A DNA stretch of 64,000 bases from Azolla caroliniana. Its lineage: Eukaryota; Plantae; Polypodiophyta. Position numbers and translations under genes: made by a program. Numbering within the stretch: the stretch's first letter is position 1; each line of letters begins with the position of its first letter. The stretch lies in assembly GCA_043228905.1 (NCBI GenBank), contig JBHGNT010000001.1, forward strand, positions 1,364,001 to 1,428,000, in the 5' to 3' direction. The notes beneath the pieces were generated by a model. It saw only the letters and a list, made by a program, of their open reading frames with translations, searched no databases and was not told the DNA's origin. Below are positions 29,138 to 44,100 of the stretch, in pieces.

Positions 29138-32100
29138 CTATAGAATGTCACCGATTTCCTTCAACAAGTCTTGTAGCTGCTCAGGAGCAAATTGAAACAG
29201 CTCTAGCAGTATCTTCTCTTGTGATTCTGTCATGAACTTTCAAGATATTAATGAACATGCATATAAACCAATATTTTATGGCCATGCATATATGTAAATG
29301 ATTGTTCGCATTATACCAGGGAAAAAAAAGAAAAATCGAGATGCTTGATTGGCGGCTATTTTACTCTGACTAGAATTTCTCGATGTCAGTTGCATCATTA
29401 ACACCTCCATGATTATTCTGCAGTTATCATCACTGCACAATAAGAGAGCAATGAAAGGTGTTGATACATGAGTTCTTAGCAAGATAAAAGAAGAGACTAT
29501 GGTTGAACACTACGCAGTTGAATGCTTAATACCAATGCATATGCATGATACAGGAGTTCTCAGCAGATGAACACTATGCACTTGCAAGTTTTATAACAAT
29601 GCATATCATCCGCATAGACTATGGTTGTGCATTTGGACATTTGGGGCATACCTTGGACACTCATACAATGACCGTTCAAGAAGATTGTAGACAATCTCCA
29701 AGATTTCCCGATCAGTGACCTGTATCAACTCTACGAGCACATCTATTAGAAGTGAAAGAATGGCAGGTAGGCGTGATGAAGCCTGCTCTAGGTCCGCAAG
29801 TGTAGCTAATAACCCTGAGGTAGGTTTATTATTTTCCTGGTAGAAATGAAGAACTCTTTAGACAAAAAACGTCAAATGAACTCTTTTCATAAGGAATTTG
29901 ACATTTTATTACGGGTCTTATACATTTCAGGACATTAAGATTTACCATTTCCAGCAATTCCTGATTCAATCTGCGCTTTTTACACCTTGACATGGCCCAA
30001 CAATTGTCCAGAGGGAGTTTTACCCTTTCCAAATATGAAAACTGCAACAGTTGTTCACGAACTGCCTTGACTTCCTCGAAGGGCATGGTTGGTTGCAATA
30101 ATGTGATTTTTCCTATGCTATTGTTCTTTTCAGAGTTATCTAGAAGTGTTAAGACATATGACAGCTTCTTTATCTTGCTAAACTTCTTGGCAGCTGCCTC
30201 TAGAACATCATCTCGATATTTTTCCACAAAATTGCGCCATTTTCCGCCCGAAATCACACAATGACACAGAAAATCAGCCAGTCTTGCAATAACCTTCCCA
30301 TAATGTGTTATGTCTTTTGTTTCAAGACACTGAAGAAAGTCCATATATACAGGCAAAACTGAATTTGGGTCATCATTCAGTGAAAATAAGTTATTGGCAA
30401 TAGCCCTAGATCGACTCTGAAGTTTCTTGCACCTACGTTTATTGTCACCTCGCAGAAATATATAAGGACGGAGCCCATCAAGAAAGGTGATTCCCGTTTT
30501 CAAACTGCAAGCAACTTTATTCCGCACAGCCACATCTTCCAGTTTAATCATTGGAATAAATTCCTGGCAACAACTTTTGACTGAGAACACTATCACATAC
30601 TCATATAAAAGTTTTTTAGTTTACTGTGAAGCTATAGCACTGACCTTCAATAGCACTCCCAATGATGGCATGATAAATAGGAAGAGTGTTGGATGCTGTT
30701 TTGCAAAAATTCTACAGAATCCTGCACACCAGAGAAATGAGATGTTAAAATAAAATCTTACCATGTGATTGGAGTTGTAAGCAACACTTACTGTATGAAG
30801 TGGCATTCTCTTCAATACTCTCACACAAGGTAGATGTAACCGCATCATGGATAATTACCTTGCATACGTTTGCCTACATTTCAGGTTTCATAGAAAGTTT
30901 ATGAATGGTTACAGAATAGGAAATTTTCATTCTCGCAACAAAATGCCTTACCTGCTTAAACAAGCACTCTGCTAGACATAATTTATCGATATCAAATGAA
31001 ATATCAGCTTCCCGAAAGTCCTTCCTATGGATGGTAGGCAGAGCTGATTCAATTGAGATTGGCCATAGCATGTAAAGAATCAATATAAGGTTTTTTGCTG
31101 ATGTCTTAAGCTCCCCTTCAAGAAGTTTCCCAAACTTTGGTTCACTGAGCAAACCCCAATCTGCTTTTCTGCTTAGCTCCCAACTGCATAATGAATTCGG
31201 ATTGTCTCAGGACTGTTTCATATGTTCAATAGGCACCCAGAGTTCATTCAATTTGGAATTACATCAAGCATCTACCGAGCATCTACTTAAAGAATGAGAA
31301 AATGTTCTGTGTTTGAAAATCCTTAATTAAAGCGAACAGTTAAGTTCTGAGGAAACCATCTGGAGAATTAGGGATAATTATATTGTTTAAGAAGAAAGAA
31401 CAGAAGAACAGAAGAAGAAATAATCGCAGGGGCTACATAGACTTACAGCTTGTTGATAGTAATCCGCAGCATACCATCATTTTGACCTGCCATACAAATA
31501 AGAACCCTTGAAGCCGTTGCCTGATATTTGAGGCAGCATTGACTTATATCTTCTACTCCCAAAAACTTAGAAAGTGAGGTTCTTTGCAGTCCATTAATCA
31601 AACAATGATTGCTGGACAGGAGACTAGAAAGCATTGAGACCACAACAACCAGAACGCAAATATTGTTCACAACAGGAGGAGTGATTACCGATGCTGTGAC
31701 TTTCATGATCACCTCCTGTACACAAAAGCATGACTATGTTATTTGAGAGTTCTTAAAACATATGCAATTATGAATTTGGCAGTTGAAGAGTACATACTTC
31801 TCTAGTAAATATAAGGGAAGCCTTACAAGCAGTTACCTGAGAGTATTCTGATCTATTACATAAAGACTCTAATTGCATATATGGGTGATGTAAGATCATA
31901 TCCACGAAATTGAGTAGGCCACCAAGTGAAAGGAAATGATTTAGTAAATTATCACTTGTGACTGTATGATCCGCATTGATTGCATTTCGAAAAATCTGTA
32001 AGTTGTCTTCTACCATTCCTAGTAGGCAGTGTAGAGTTTTGATTGAAAACTTCCATGAACTTTGATTAAAGACCCACTGGAGTGTTAAAGGAATCAGAGA

Positions 32101-35100
32101 TGATTTTGAATATAATTGTGTCGTAGATGTGTAGGGATCTTCCAAAATCTCAATTAGATGATCATTTAAACTTAATTCAGGATATGAGAACTTCATGAGA
32201 CTAATATACAGGGCATTCATTCCAGCTCTTGCAATATGATCATTCAATCTACTCGTGCTATGTATAAAATTAGATAGCTCAATCTGATTATTGGTTAGAA
32301 CAAACATCTTCTCCATCAACTTCAATATAGTATTACTTTGCACAATATCGTTCTGTTTACCACAGCATCGTCGCTGCATGTGCATCATGACATGAGATTC
32401 AACATTTTCAAAAGTTACATTGTCCCAAGCAAGCACATCAGTTTCACTCAGCATGCCAATTCTGTGGTGCTCAACTTTATGTTGCAATGGATTGCAAAAA
32501 TATTTATCCATTTCTTGAATAAAAAGTAATGTCTGAGTTGCAATATGTGATAAGTTATACTGACAATCAGTATTTTCAGAGCCAAGTATCTCCTTGACCA
32601 ACATCTGTACACTCTCAAAAAATGTATGAAACATTTGCTTGATTGCCAAAACTGAAGCACAATCCACTTTTTTCTGATTGGAACGTATCAAAGCTGCCTT
32701 GCAGCCCCCCAAGCTAACATAAAGTGGAACTTTCAGCCTTAAAGTTAAAGGTTCTACAAAACTCTCCCCATTGTTTTCAATTGGCTTGGTTAAAAAAGTT
32801 TCTGCTTGCGCTAGCCATGTTTCTGGTTCATGACAAAAGTTAAATTCCCTGAGATACTTTCTCGCCTGTAGATAGGAGAAAACAAATTCTATTGGTGCAT
32901 CTAGGGGAATAGACCATTGTATTATATCCTGAATAGATGGATTCCACATTCTTTCCCCAATGCTTGAAGTAATTTCCTCTGTCGCTTTGTCAGGAACACT
33001 TTTCTGATCTTCCGTCTTTCTGTTCGTATTATCCTTCAAAGCATCATGAAACCTAAGCATAGAAAGAAAGATATATGAATGTCTTTAAAGAAGGCAAAAT
33101 GGCATATCAGACAGAATGAGAGATGACATTTTAAAACATTGTCTTGTCCTCAAGAGAAAACAAAATTAATATAACAAAATTAGTGAGAACTGCCTAAGAT
33201 ACTAAAACTTCTGCCTTCGAAAGATTTCCAGATTGGGCCAATCCAAGATGATCTTTTGAGTATAGAAATGTACATCAGTTTGAGGATAACATAGGAAAGT
33301 GTAACAAAATATTGATACAAAAATTATCCCACTCACTTCAAGGCTGTAGGAGCTTTATTTTCAGGAATATTACAAATCAAATTGATCAGCTCCATTTTCT
33401 TCCACCCATTCCTTATCTTCGTGACATAGCAGGGTTCTTTCTGTTCATCTGCAAATCTACAGCAAGATAAATAAAGATAACGTTTATACAAATAGCAAAA
33501 CACACATGATCAATCATATACCTGACATTAAGAGCAGGCTTAAGGTCTTTGATAAACCCTGCTACAGCCATAGAAGATAGGCCCAAACTAGCACAGGTTT
33601 CACTTTTAGCAGTGGTTCCAAGCATTGAAAAACCTATCCAATGTATATCAATTAATCAGAAAGCTGACTCTTATCCTGATTTACAGTTCAATTTTGAAAT
33701 CCTAAATTCTCCAGGTACTATTTTAAATATGCATAGCACTTACCTCTACTAATAAGTACAGAATAATAATAATTACAAAAACAGACACATGAGATGATTA
33801 AATCAGCGCCTGTGAAAGCAAGAAATTAGCATGGATGACAATGACATGATCATCCAGCCAAAGTTGGAGACAGCCGAACCCACACAATAGAGGCACAAGG
33901 TTTAAATTGTTTGTATTTTTTGAGTCATAGGATTGGATCCTTGGTTAATGATCATACTAGCAAGTGGGAGTTTCTCTTAGAATGAGTTTGGTTTCACCCT
34001 TTTTTTTTATATTACGCTGAACGACTAAAGGTTTCATACATGAGCACATGCCACGTGCTTGTTTAATGTGCACATTTGTATGTATGCATGTGTAACTTTG
34101 CATAATTGGATAATTACTTAGTGTTCTTACATGTTTAAATGGATGCATCGACATTCCTACATGCACTTCAAGAAAGAGCTTGAGGCAAACCTGCTTTTAT
34201 CAGCCTTGCATCCCTGCTATGAAGAAATTGACGTGCCTGATTTTCAGACAGTAGTGGCATCTGTTTTCCTGAACTGTCCTCCAACCATGCCATCGATATC
34301 GTGTTCTCTTCTACTTGGGGGCATGTGATACCAGGAAATAATAACTGAAGAAGCATTTCATAATCATCACTTTTGTTATTGTCTGCCATGGAAAGCAATG
34401 CAAGAACTTCTATTGCAGCATCTACGATGCATTTTGGAATTTGCTTCTTTGAAACATCAGAAAATGTGGGTATAACTAGAGTTACACTTGGAAATTTCAC
34501 GCTTTCATCAGAAAGCTGGACTCCAGTCTCCAATGCTTCCTTCAGTGTTTTGACAAACACACCACCTACATCAGTGGACTGGGAGACTTGAAAAAAGGAA
34601 TTTTGATGGTAACTTCTTGACACACATATGCCTTGAGGATTTTGCAAAAGAGATTTAGTTAGCATTCGCCGCTCAATAGCCAAATTTGCCACAGTCACGG
34701 CCAGTGAATAAGGAGATGGAGATGATGGCAAATGTTCTTTCAAAAATAGCAAATATGCAACAACCTGATGAAGCACATCAAATAGACCAATGATAGTTAG
34801 TGAATAAGCATTCATTGATTGCAAACCACAAAATCCTCGACCAAATGGGTCTATATTCCCAAACGTTTTAATGTTCGAATTTCAAACATGCATAGCTATT
34901 CCCTCCATTACTTCAGCAATCCTCTAAAATTTTGAGGTTCAAGATTCAACGAAGTGTACCCATTTCTCCATTACATAAATTTTACTTGCTGAGACTAAAT
35001 GTTTTTGTGCATATAAGAGTAATGATGGGGAATTTTATGTGGGCTATAACTAATTGCGAGGTCCTATATTTCAAAGACATGTCCCTATCCAGTGTGCCAC

Positions 35101-38100
35101 CATAGAAACAAAGATATATGAACATATTTTAAGAGGCCAAAAATGGCCTAAACGACTGAACAAGAGATTACATCTTAAAATATTGTCTGGTCTTTGAGCA
35201 TAACGAACCAAATAAATAGAACAGAATGTTGGGTGCTAAAGATTCTGAACTTAGTAAAACTGAAAAATCTCTGCCTTCAAAAGAAATGGATGAGTTTGCT
35301 TATGATCAGAAAGTTAAGGATTCCATTTGTAGTGTAATCAAGAGCCTCTTATGGAGGACAGACAATAGCATCCCTATCCTACATGTGACCTTAATGATCA
35401 GGAAGACAGGAATTACCATCGTATCGTGATTAAGAGCCTTTCTGAGAGAATAAGATTTAAATATCTTGATCAGATTACCAGAGACCAGTGGACTTATCAA
35501 CAGAACTAGATTCAAGGAGGGCATTTATGAAGAAAGCCAGCAGGTAGATACAGGAAAAACATTTCTCTACAAATGCAACATACTCCTAGGATCATTGCCT
35601 TATGAAGCACCACTATATTTGACTAGAGTTTCTTTAATAAGTTCTATTATTAGAGGTATACATTAAACAATTCATTTCAAAGACAACCTCAGTATGTCTT
35701 GAGGCACATTTTTACGGGGTAGTACTTCCAAACCTCCAGAGGACAGACTTGTCTAAGACCTACCAACAAGGAGTGGAATCTAGAAAGGGCAGGCTCATTG
35801 TTTCCTAAAATCATTCTTACAAGAGATAGAATAGTAACGCTAAGTGAAATGCACAAAGACCATTTCCCAATGAAGAAGCATACTGAACTGGTGCATTAAG
35901 ACGATAGAACTCTCCATTAATCAATAAAAAGATAAAAAAGAAATGAGCCCATCAGGTACAATCAAAGAAGTCATTTAATTAAAGACTGTTACGCAGAAGG
36001 ATGGAAAAAGCAAAGATTAACACGAATCCTTTATAAAACTAAATTGTTTTAGGACATTTCAAGTGGTTAAATTTTCGATTATTATCATAAGGTTTATAAA
36101 CTTACCACATCAACAGAACTTTCCAAAAGAATTGCTTTACAGATGGCAGAGGACAACCTTTCAAGTAAATGATGTTGAACCTGAAGTTTATCAAGCACGT
36201 TTAGCCAGCTAAAATTCTCCCCTAATGAATCTGGTGTAGCAAAAACTGACGGATTCAATATGCCAGCAAAGCATCGCCTTGCTCTAGCACGAAGATACGA
36301 TTCCACTGAAACAAGTCTATGCAAAAGAAAATCGTATATAGCTTCTATGTCAGCAGATTTATCTGCAAAACCTTCAGTGACAGCCATGTGTAAGTTTCTG
36401 TAAAGATGTGTTAAGTCCATGGTATGCATGCCTTTCCCTGGATAAAATCCTTCATATACATACAGAAGCTCTATCTGCAAGCACATAAACTACTCTCAAT
36501 AATCAAGTTTCCACAATGCTTACATGACCATTTAAATAGTACAAAAATTCACCTGCCATGGTAATGGTAACCGTTTCGCCAATGCTGGATCCTTCACTAA
36601 GACCCTCCGCAGCCACGGCCAAGCGCAGGGAAGTGTCTGGGAAATAACAAACACAAGGACAAGGAGCAAATGAAATTTTATTCTCTGGCATTCATATCAT
36701 CAAAATTTATAAAAGCAGGGCATATTTGTTTCTCTAACATTCACCCTGCCACAAGTTCTAAAAGCAGGGCATATTAATGAAAAAACTTTATATGATCCTA
36801 ACAGAAATAAATGCAGTGATCAGTGCTCCCTGTAAAACCTATGAACTTCTGGAAAAAGAGTTACCCATGAAAGATACTTCCTTATAAGTGCATATCTGCG
36901 CATACAACGAATTTAGAGACAAAATCCTCCTGTGCGACAAATCATGTTTATGTCTGTATGCTACCAGAAATTGTACCAAAAAAAGTGCAAGATTGACTGC
37001 CCGTAACCTATCCCTGATCATGTGCTGAATGAGGACAAGGGGAAACAAATTGCAAATCATATCGACTTGGGGTAATTTCTACAGAGAAGCCTTCACAAGA
37101 TCAGAAGGTTGAAACTTCAATCATCAGGTACATTAAAGTTATAAATCCCTTGGATGATATTTAGTCTCATGAGTCATACCCTTGCCGTGTAGGGTGGTGT
37201 ACGTAATCTACTAAATAAAGTTTTGGAGACATGAAATCATATTCATACCTGCGATGTTGTGATTTCAACAAAAAAGTCAGGGTCTGTACACTTCCGAAGC
37301 AACTGACTAAGCTGGTACAGTTTCTCCATTTTATCTATTTCATTAAGAACAAAGGGAGGTGCCCTTCTTAAGGTACTGAAATGGTCTATAGGCATCAAGC
37401 TCTCTCTCCATCCCATCTTGTTTGCAAAAGACCCAGAGTTATTTACATCTGGGTTTTCTTGCATGAATGTCGTAACAAAATCCTCCATTTCTGTTTCATT
37501 GTCAAACATCTTCAACTCCGGAACCTCCCCTTTATTTTTACAGTCCTCCTTCAAACTGCAATGAGAAACAAACCAAAATAATAATAAGAAACCATAGAAA
37601 GTGCCAACAATCAGAAGACTGGATGTAAATATATGCATCTGTACAATGTGGAATTTAGACCGTACCTAATCAAAGCAGCTGTACGGAATAATCATTTTTC
37701 TTCTTTAGGAAATAAGTCAGTTTGATGATATTAGAATTTTTTGTTGTACAATGTTATTATTTGTGATTCCAAGCATGATGCATCCTTTAAATAGTTCTAT
37801 TAGAGCTCAGGCTTACACATAAATCTGAGCCTCTAGGAAATTTTATTACTGTTATCCATGGCATTATAAGACATCATTTTAAAGCTTTTAGTTACCTTTC
37901 TAGGTTAAAATCTCCTTCACGTGTCAATAAAAGCTCCATTAAATGCCTTACAGTTGAGATGTTCTCCCAAACATGGTGCCCTATTCTCTTGACATTGTTA
38001 ACAGCAATCATCAAAACAACAATGCAAGATCTCCAATAAAGTTCCTTATACTGCAACATAAACAGATGAAAGACAAATGTTTAGACTGTCAAGCATCATT

Positions 38101-41100
38101 GTTGTATCATAATATAATATTAAGGAAGTATCTTTCATGGGTAACCATAATATAATACAAATGATCAAGGATCATTTTCAATTAATCTTTGATATCATCG
38201 AAGTAATATTATATCACCATTATCTGAAATAAATTCATCATCTGTATCTTTGATTGCATCCTTGTAAATTGAATTTAGCATATTGATCTCACTAATCTCT
38301 ATTCAAATGATTAATCATTAGAGGCCCGTAGCATAACAATCTTGACCCATCCTCATTGTATTACAATATCATATCCTATCTATCTTTATCACTAGCAAAA
38401 ACCTATTCCAGGATATTTCTGAGAGATGCATCTAGGCACTGAGACAAAGAGGAAGATTGAAAATTTAAGAGCATCAGTGTGTTTATCTTCAGTTTCCACA
38501 GAGAACCACCATACTGAATTGTTTTCATATGTCAAGCCCATCTCCCACCATCGCAGAAGCTTCCCTCACTTCGGAGACCCTCCATTCTGGATTGGCCAGA
38601 GATCTTTCGAAGACAAAAATTAAAATATATCTGACTTGAGAATCTTGCATGTACTGATAACACAATTCTGTAGTTTCTACTTAGTACCATTTATTTATTT
38701 CAATTTGTTCTCAAAGATGAGACAACATTTAAGATGTAATCTCTTGTTTGGTCTTATAGGCCATTATGGCCTCTTAAAAGAAGTTAAAATTTCTTTCTTT
38801 TTCTTTCTCTTGCTATTAAAGTTACAGATCATCTTCAGTTAATTAAGTGAATAAGTTGATTAAGAATGACTGATGGCCACATGCAAAAGACGGTATTATT
38901 GAGAAAGAGATAGTATACCACAAGCTGAATGGAAGGTCGTGACATTGCACCAGGAACATCAAAAGAGGCCAACTTAAAAATTGCCATTGGGAGCTGGAAA
39001 AGTAATGATAGTCAGAAACTATGCTGCAACAATATTATATATTCAAATTCAAATTTTCAGACCTGAGTGCTATCAGTTTTAAGACTACAAGTCAAGTATC
39101 TAGCTGATGCTGTTGCCCTCCACACTAATCTCTCAACAATCTGAAGTGCTTCTGCTTGTATTAAGGGAAAATCTTTCTGATAGATCAAATATAGGAACAT
39201 TATTTGTTGTTCCATTCATTAGGAAATCTGAAACACAAAATTTCAATACTTACAGAAATACCCATATAAATAAGTCGGGCAAGAATATCCTCCGATGCTT
39301 GGGTAGAAGCACAGAGAATTTGATAGGAATTGAGTTCAACATCGCCACATTTTTCACCAATGGGAAAATATGCCTGCAAATTGCCAACCTCTTAACATAA
39401 AGCTACTTCCAGATTGACAAGTTAGACAAATCCACTTGGTAGTACAAGCCCCAAGAAAAAAATATTACAAATATCCATCAACATCAAAATTTAATCCAAA
39501 ATACATAGCACCCCTTAAAATAGCATTAAAACAAAATTTGCACCAAGGCATTCCTCCTGTTTGGCTGCTCTGGACAGGTCTGATACATCTCTAAAGAACA
39601 TCAAGCCATAGAATATGTGTTGATAATGATTTCAATGAAAGAATCTTAATTTATAGAAGTGCTTTAAACCCTATTAAAATCTCTCCACTGTTTATTTGTA
39701 TGATAACTTGTAGTGTAATCATCTTGCACAATCACACAATGTATAATGCAGCCACTATTATTTGTTAGAAAAATTATGTAATAGGAGCTTTCTAAAGATC
39801 ATTGAAATTTTTAACAAAATAAAATATAATGAAAAACATACTGGGATAAAACAAGAATGGGAAAACAGGAACCTCGAGATTCTCTAAGAAAAGAAATTTC
39901 TGTATAATATTTGCAAAATGCACACTAGTTATTCCTGGCAAGATTGTTGGTAGAACATTTGTACACCATTCCAGAGCTTCAACCTGTATAAGAAGCATAA
40001 TGGTATAACTCGTTACTAATAAAATTTGGAATAAGTTTCCTTTGCTTCAATTATTACCAACCTGAAAAGCCATTACATCACAACTGATCTTCTCAAGCAT
40101 TGACAAAGTCTCCTTCGGATGAGAGAATGGTGCAAAAGCATCCCATCCTTTGGTTCTGCGTCTCTCCAATTCTTTGATCAATTGAACAAAAGAATCGTCA
40201 GAAGTAAGCTGGGATACTCCATACAACAGGAACTGACATGCCAGATCGATTATCTAGAGAAAACAAAGTCAGTTCCATGACCGAATTAGTATTATGAAGA
40301 ATTTTATTTAAAGATTCATATCAATATTCGACAATTCTTGTTCTTCCATTTACAAGACCTATGAGAAGATTATGTTTCCACAACATAATTTCCATGTATG
40401 CCTTTCTTAGGAAATTATGTTTCCATAGACATGAAGGGTCAAATGCCAATGAAATGCCAGCCTTGCAGATGTTCGAAAATGTTGGCAAGGAGTGCCATTT
40501 CTCGTTAAAGATCATTCATGTAGCTTATTTTAGCAAATAATAAGTTTCTGTGTATTCACTGATTATAATAATATCCTGTTTCAATCTCTGCAAAAAGCGG
40601 CTTTGAAGCACGAGCACCTGTTCTCCCTCTTTTAGTAAAGCATGTATATCTTCTTACATTCTCATCCCAATGTAAGTGAGAAAACACTACTGAGATCCTA
40701 CCTTCAATTAATTCCTACCACCAAGTAACTTCCACATGCATACTTGGAGAAATTAGCATCCAATGAGATGAGTTTAATATCAAATAAGGTGAAGTTTACA
40801 CCAATTTTTTACGGACCTGCATAAGCCAGCTTTCTCTCAATGCTTCTGTATGGTTGATTATAGGTCTCCATGGTTGCAAAAGCCCAAGGCATAACGCATA
40901 TAAATTTAGATCTTGACCCATGTATTTGAGCAATCTGTTTGGTTAAAGTAGATTGTTTATTTTTACAGTTGAACCTGAGTTAAATTAGAACCTGAGTTAA
41001 ATTAGAAGGTACTGAAGTGCAGAAGGTCACCTGCGTCCAAGTTCTCGCAGCTGGGATCGTGTATCAATATTCAATGCATGCTCCTGTGTATAAAATATAT

Positions 41101-44100
41101 AGGCATGGTTAACAATCAGTGGTAAAAACACATGACCTTTAGGCACATAAGTATGTGTCATTTGAAAAAAGAAAGCACAAATGTGGTGAAAACAAGAACC
41201 TGCAATCTCATAAATACCTGTAAAACTGTTGCAAGTTCATGTTCCGGTGCTGATGAGACTGGCATAGCTTTCATAACAATTGAAATGCACCTCATATTAA
41301 ATAAACTCTTCGCAGTTATTTCTGCTAGGACAAATGTCTGCAATGCAATGAATTAACTTAATCATTCCGTCCACATTAATGGAGTAATAATCTTAAACCA
41401 AAATGTTCATACCCTCAAAGCAAGGCTTCCATATTCAAGTCTTCGAGACACTAGACGCGTGATCATTTCGGTGTATATGTTGCCATGTAAAGCTTTCATC
41501 TAAATTATTTCAACTGCTTCACCTTAGAACACAATTTCACCCAGTAGCAAGCTATACACCCGTAATATATTTATAATCATTTAAGGGCCCATACAAACAA
41601 ATGAACATTTTGACAAACCTGGCTAGCTGATTGTGATGATTGCACTCGAAGGGCTAGCAAATTCTGCAAAGTTACAATATCATTTTCGGTGACACCATGA
41701 AGATTATCTAGGATTTCATCCAGCAAAGTTTTGGCCGCACGTAGGTGAATTGGACTATTTAGCCAGCTTTCTAGCATACTCGAACCTAACACTCTCACTT
41801 CTTCATATCCTACTCCCTGGATGAGTAATCTGTGACAAGTAGCAGGTTGCTTAAGAGAGCCAAATTATTAGAATTTTGCATACAAATCATTTTGTCATAC
41901 AATACATCCAGACCAATCATTGTCACATATCCAAATAAATCCTGACTAAAAAACGGAATTATAACCAAAAGCGTGATTAAGACACTTCCAAATTACATTT
42001 TAGATATGTCGAGCTACTACAATCACAAGGCATCTTGTTTACCCAGTTGCAACAATAGTTTTTCACTTGGCTGCCTTGTTCTTCGAAATTTCCAAGTAAA
42101 CAGAAACTAATCTTGAACTGAGAATACTACTGTTCCACGAAGAACAATGTGGCTATGGAGAGCTAGTAACAAGAGTTGTAGTCGATGGAAGAACATAGTA
42201 TCATTTCTCATTTCCAAAATAAAGATATTCTCAAGCAAGAAACCCACGAATCCAGTTGGCATTATACCAAAGTACTCTAAACCATTTTTCAATATTTGAA
42301 GAATGATCCCCCTTCTATACTTTTACATACTCCATAGCTGAGACACAATCTCACAAGATTCAGTTTCTACTTACTTGAGTAATTGCCTTAAATTTTCCTT
42401 AGTTGTTGAAGATCCAAGGAGAAACTGTACTGCTTTCAGAAATTCTTCTCGTGCGATTCTCCTGGTTTCAATACCTTGGTACCTGTTCTTCACTGTGCCC
42501 TGCAACTTTTTTTATTAACTCCCATGTTAGATCTATGCAAGAACTTGCAAATGTTTAGTTATTTCTATTCAATTAGTATGTCATAAAGGAGGCAACAGAA
42601 TGAAAAAGGTTTATGGACAACAAGCTAAAGTTCATGATTTTTTAACCTCATCAATAGGTTCAAATTTTCATAAAAAAACAATGCATACGGAGTGAACATA
42701 GCAGATCTACTTTTCATTATCAGAAACCTGGACTTTTGCACGTAAATTGTTCGTATCCCTTAATGTCCACAAATGAAGAGATAAACCAAAGTACAAGACA
42801 GTTGTTAGAATTTTGAGAATAATAAGAGACAAACAACACTTCGCGCACATATGCCAACACAAGATATTTAACACGTATTTTTCCAGCAATTCATAGATAT
42901 AGCAATATTACTAGTTTTAGAGATTATATTTCCGTTTGGTGATATAACAAATAATCTCATTCTCTTCTGAGCAAAATCCGTATAATGGTGGAACAGAAGC
43001 AATTATACTGGAATTTGCCTCTCAAATATCTTTTTCATATTAAGATGCTTTGGAGTTCCCATTTTACTTGCAAAGCACTACTTCTCTAATGATAAATGAT
43101 ACAGATGGGATCAACCCCTACTCACCTATAGTCATATAGCCTCCACATCAAGAAGCTTGGAATCACAAATGAAGTCCTATGGCATGATGCGCAAAAAAAG
43201 AATGCATGCCATAGACAATTTCTTATTTGAGGATATTTATACTAGCAAGAATAGGAATTGTTACTACCCAAGTTCCTCTATTGTCATGGTGCACATACTT
43301 CCTGTTGAGTCATCTTAAGATTCTTGAGTGGGTTCAACAATGAAGTGAAAAGACTACCTATAAACTTCCATAAACGTGAAATAAGCATGACATAGAAATG
43401 AGCAGTAAATGAACCTAACAAAGACTGTATTCCATAGATATTCTCTTATTTGAGAAAAAATAAACTAGCAAGAAGAGGCATTGTCAGTACCCAAGTTCTT
43501 CTATGATCATGGTGCGCGACACTTCCTATTGTGTTAGCTTACAGTCCTTCAGTGGGTCCAACTCCCATGTTGAAGAACCACATATAAAAAAAATCTCCTA
43601 ACAAATTGAAATACGCATGCCAAAAAAAAGCAAGTAAACATTGATATAAAAGGAAAATTGGATTGATATAATGTAGAGACTGATTGAATGAATGTTTTCA
43701 AACCAGGAAAGCATAATTACTCAACAAATAGATACAGCCTAATCCTTAAAAACAACAAGCTGGCAATGTAAACCATAATTGCACTGTGCTGACATAGTTT
43801 GACAGAATGCAATTTGCCTTCCATTTGGAACAATTTCTAATCACGCATACCACCAATGGTTGAAAAACAATATAACCCAAAAAGTCACTAGTTGAAATAC
43901 ATCCATATTCCAAACAGGCCAAAAGATTGAACTTAGCCCAGAAGTCTAGTGAATAATTAGTTACCATGGGCGTGTTATGATCAGAAAAAGCTGTAACTAC
44001 ATTCACGACAAATTCCTTGCAACCATCGTGTTCAATCCATGCTCGAGGACCAACAGCATCATCCAGATAGACCTACATGGATATATCTAGCACATAAATC

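Noticed and set aside
39543-39590. Possible extra INTS1 mini-exon
   Set aside because: The flanking exons join in phase and align to metazoan INTS1 without it.
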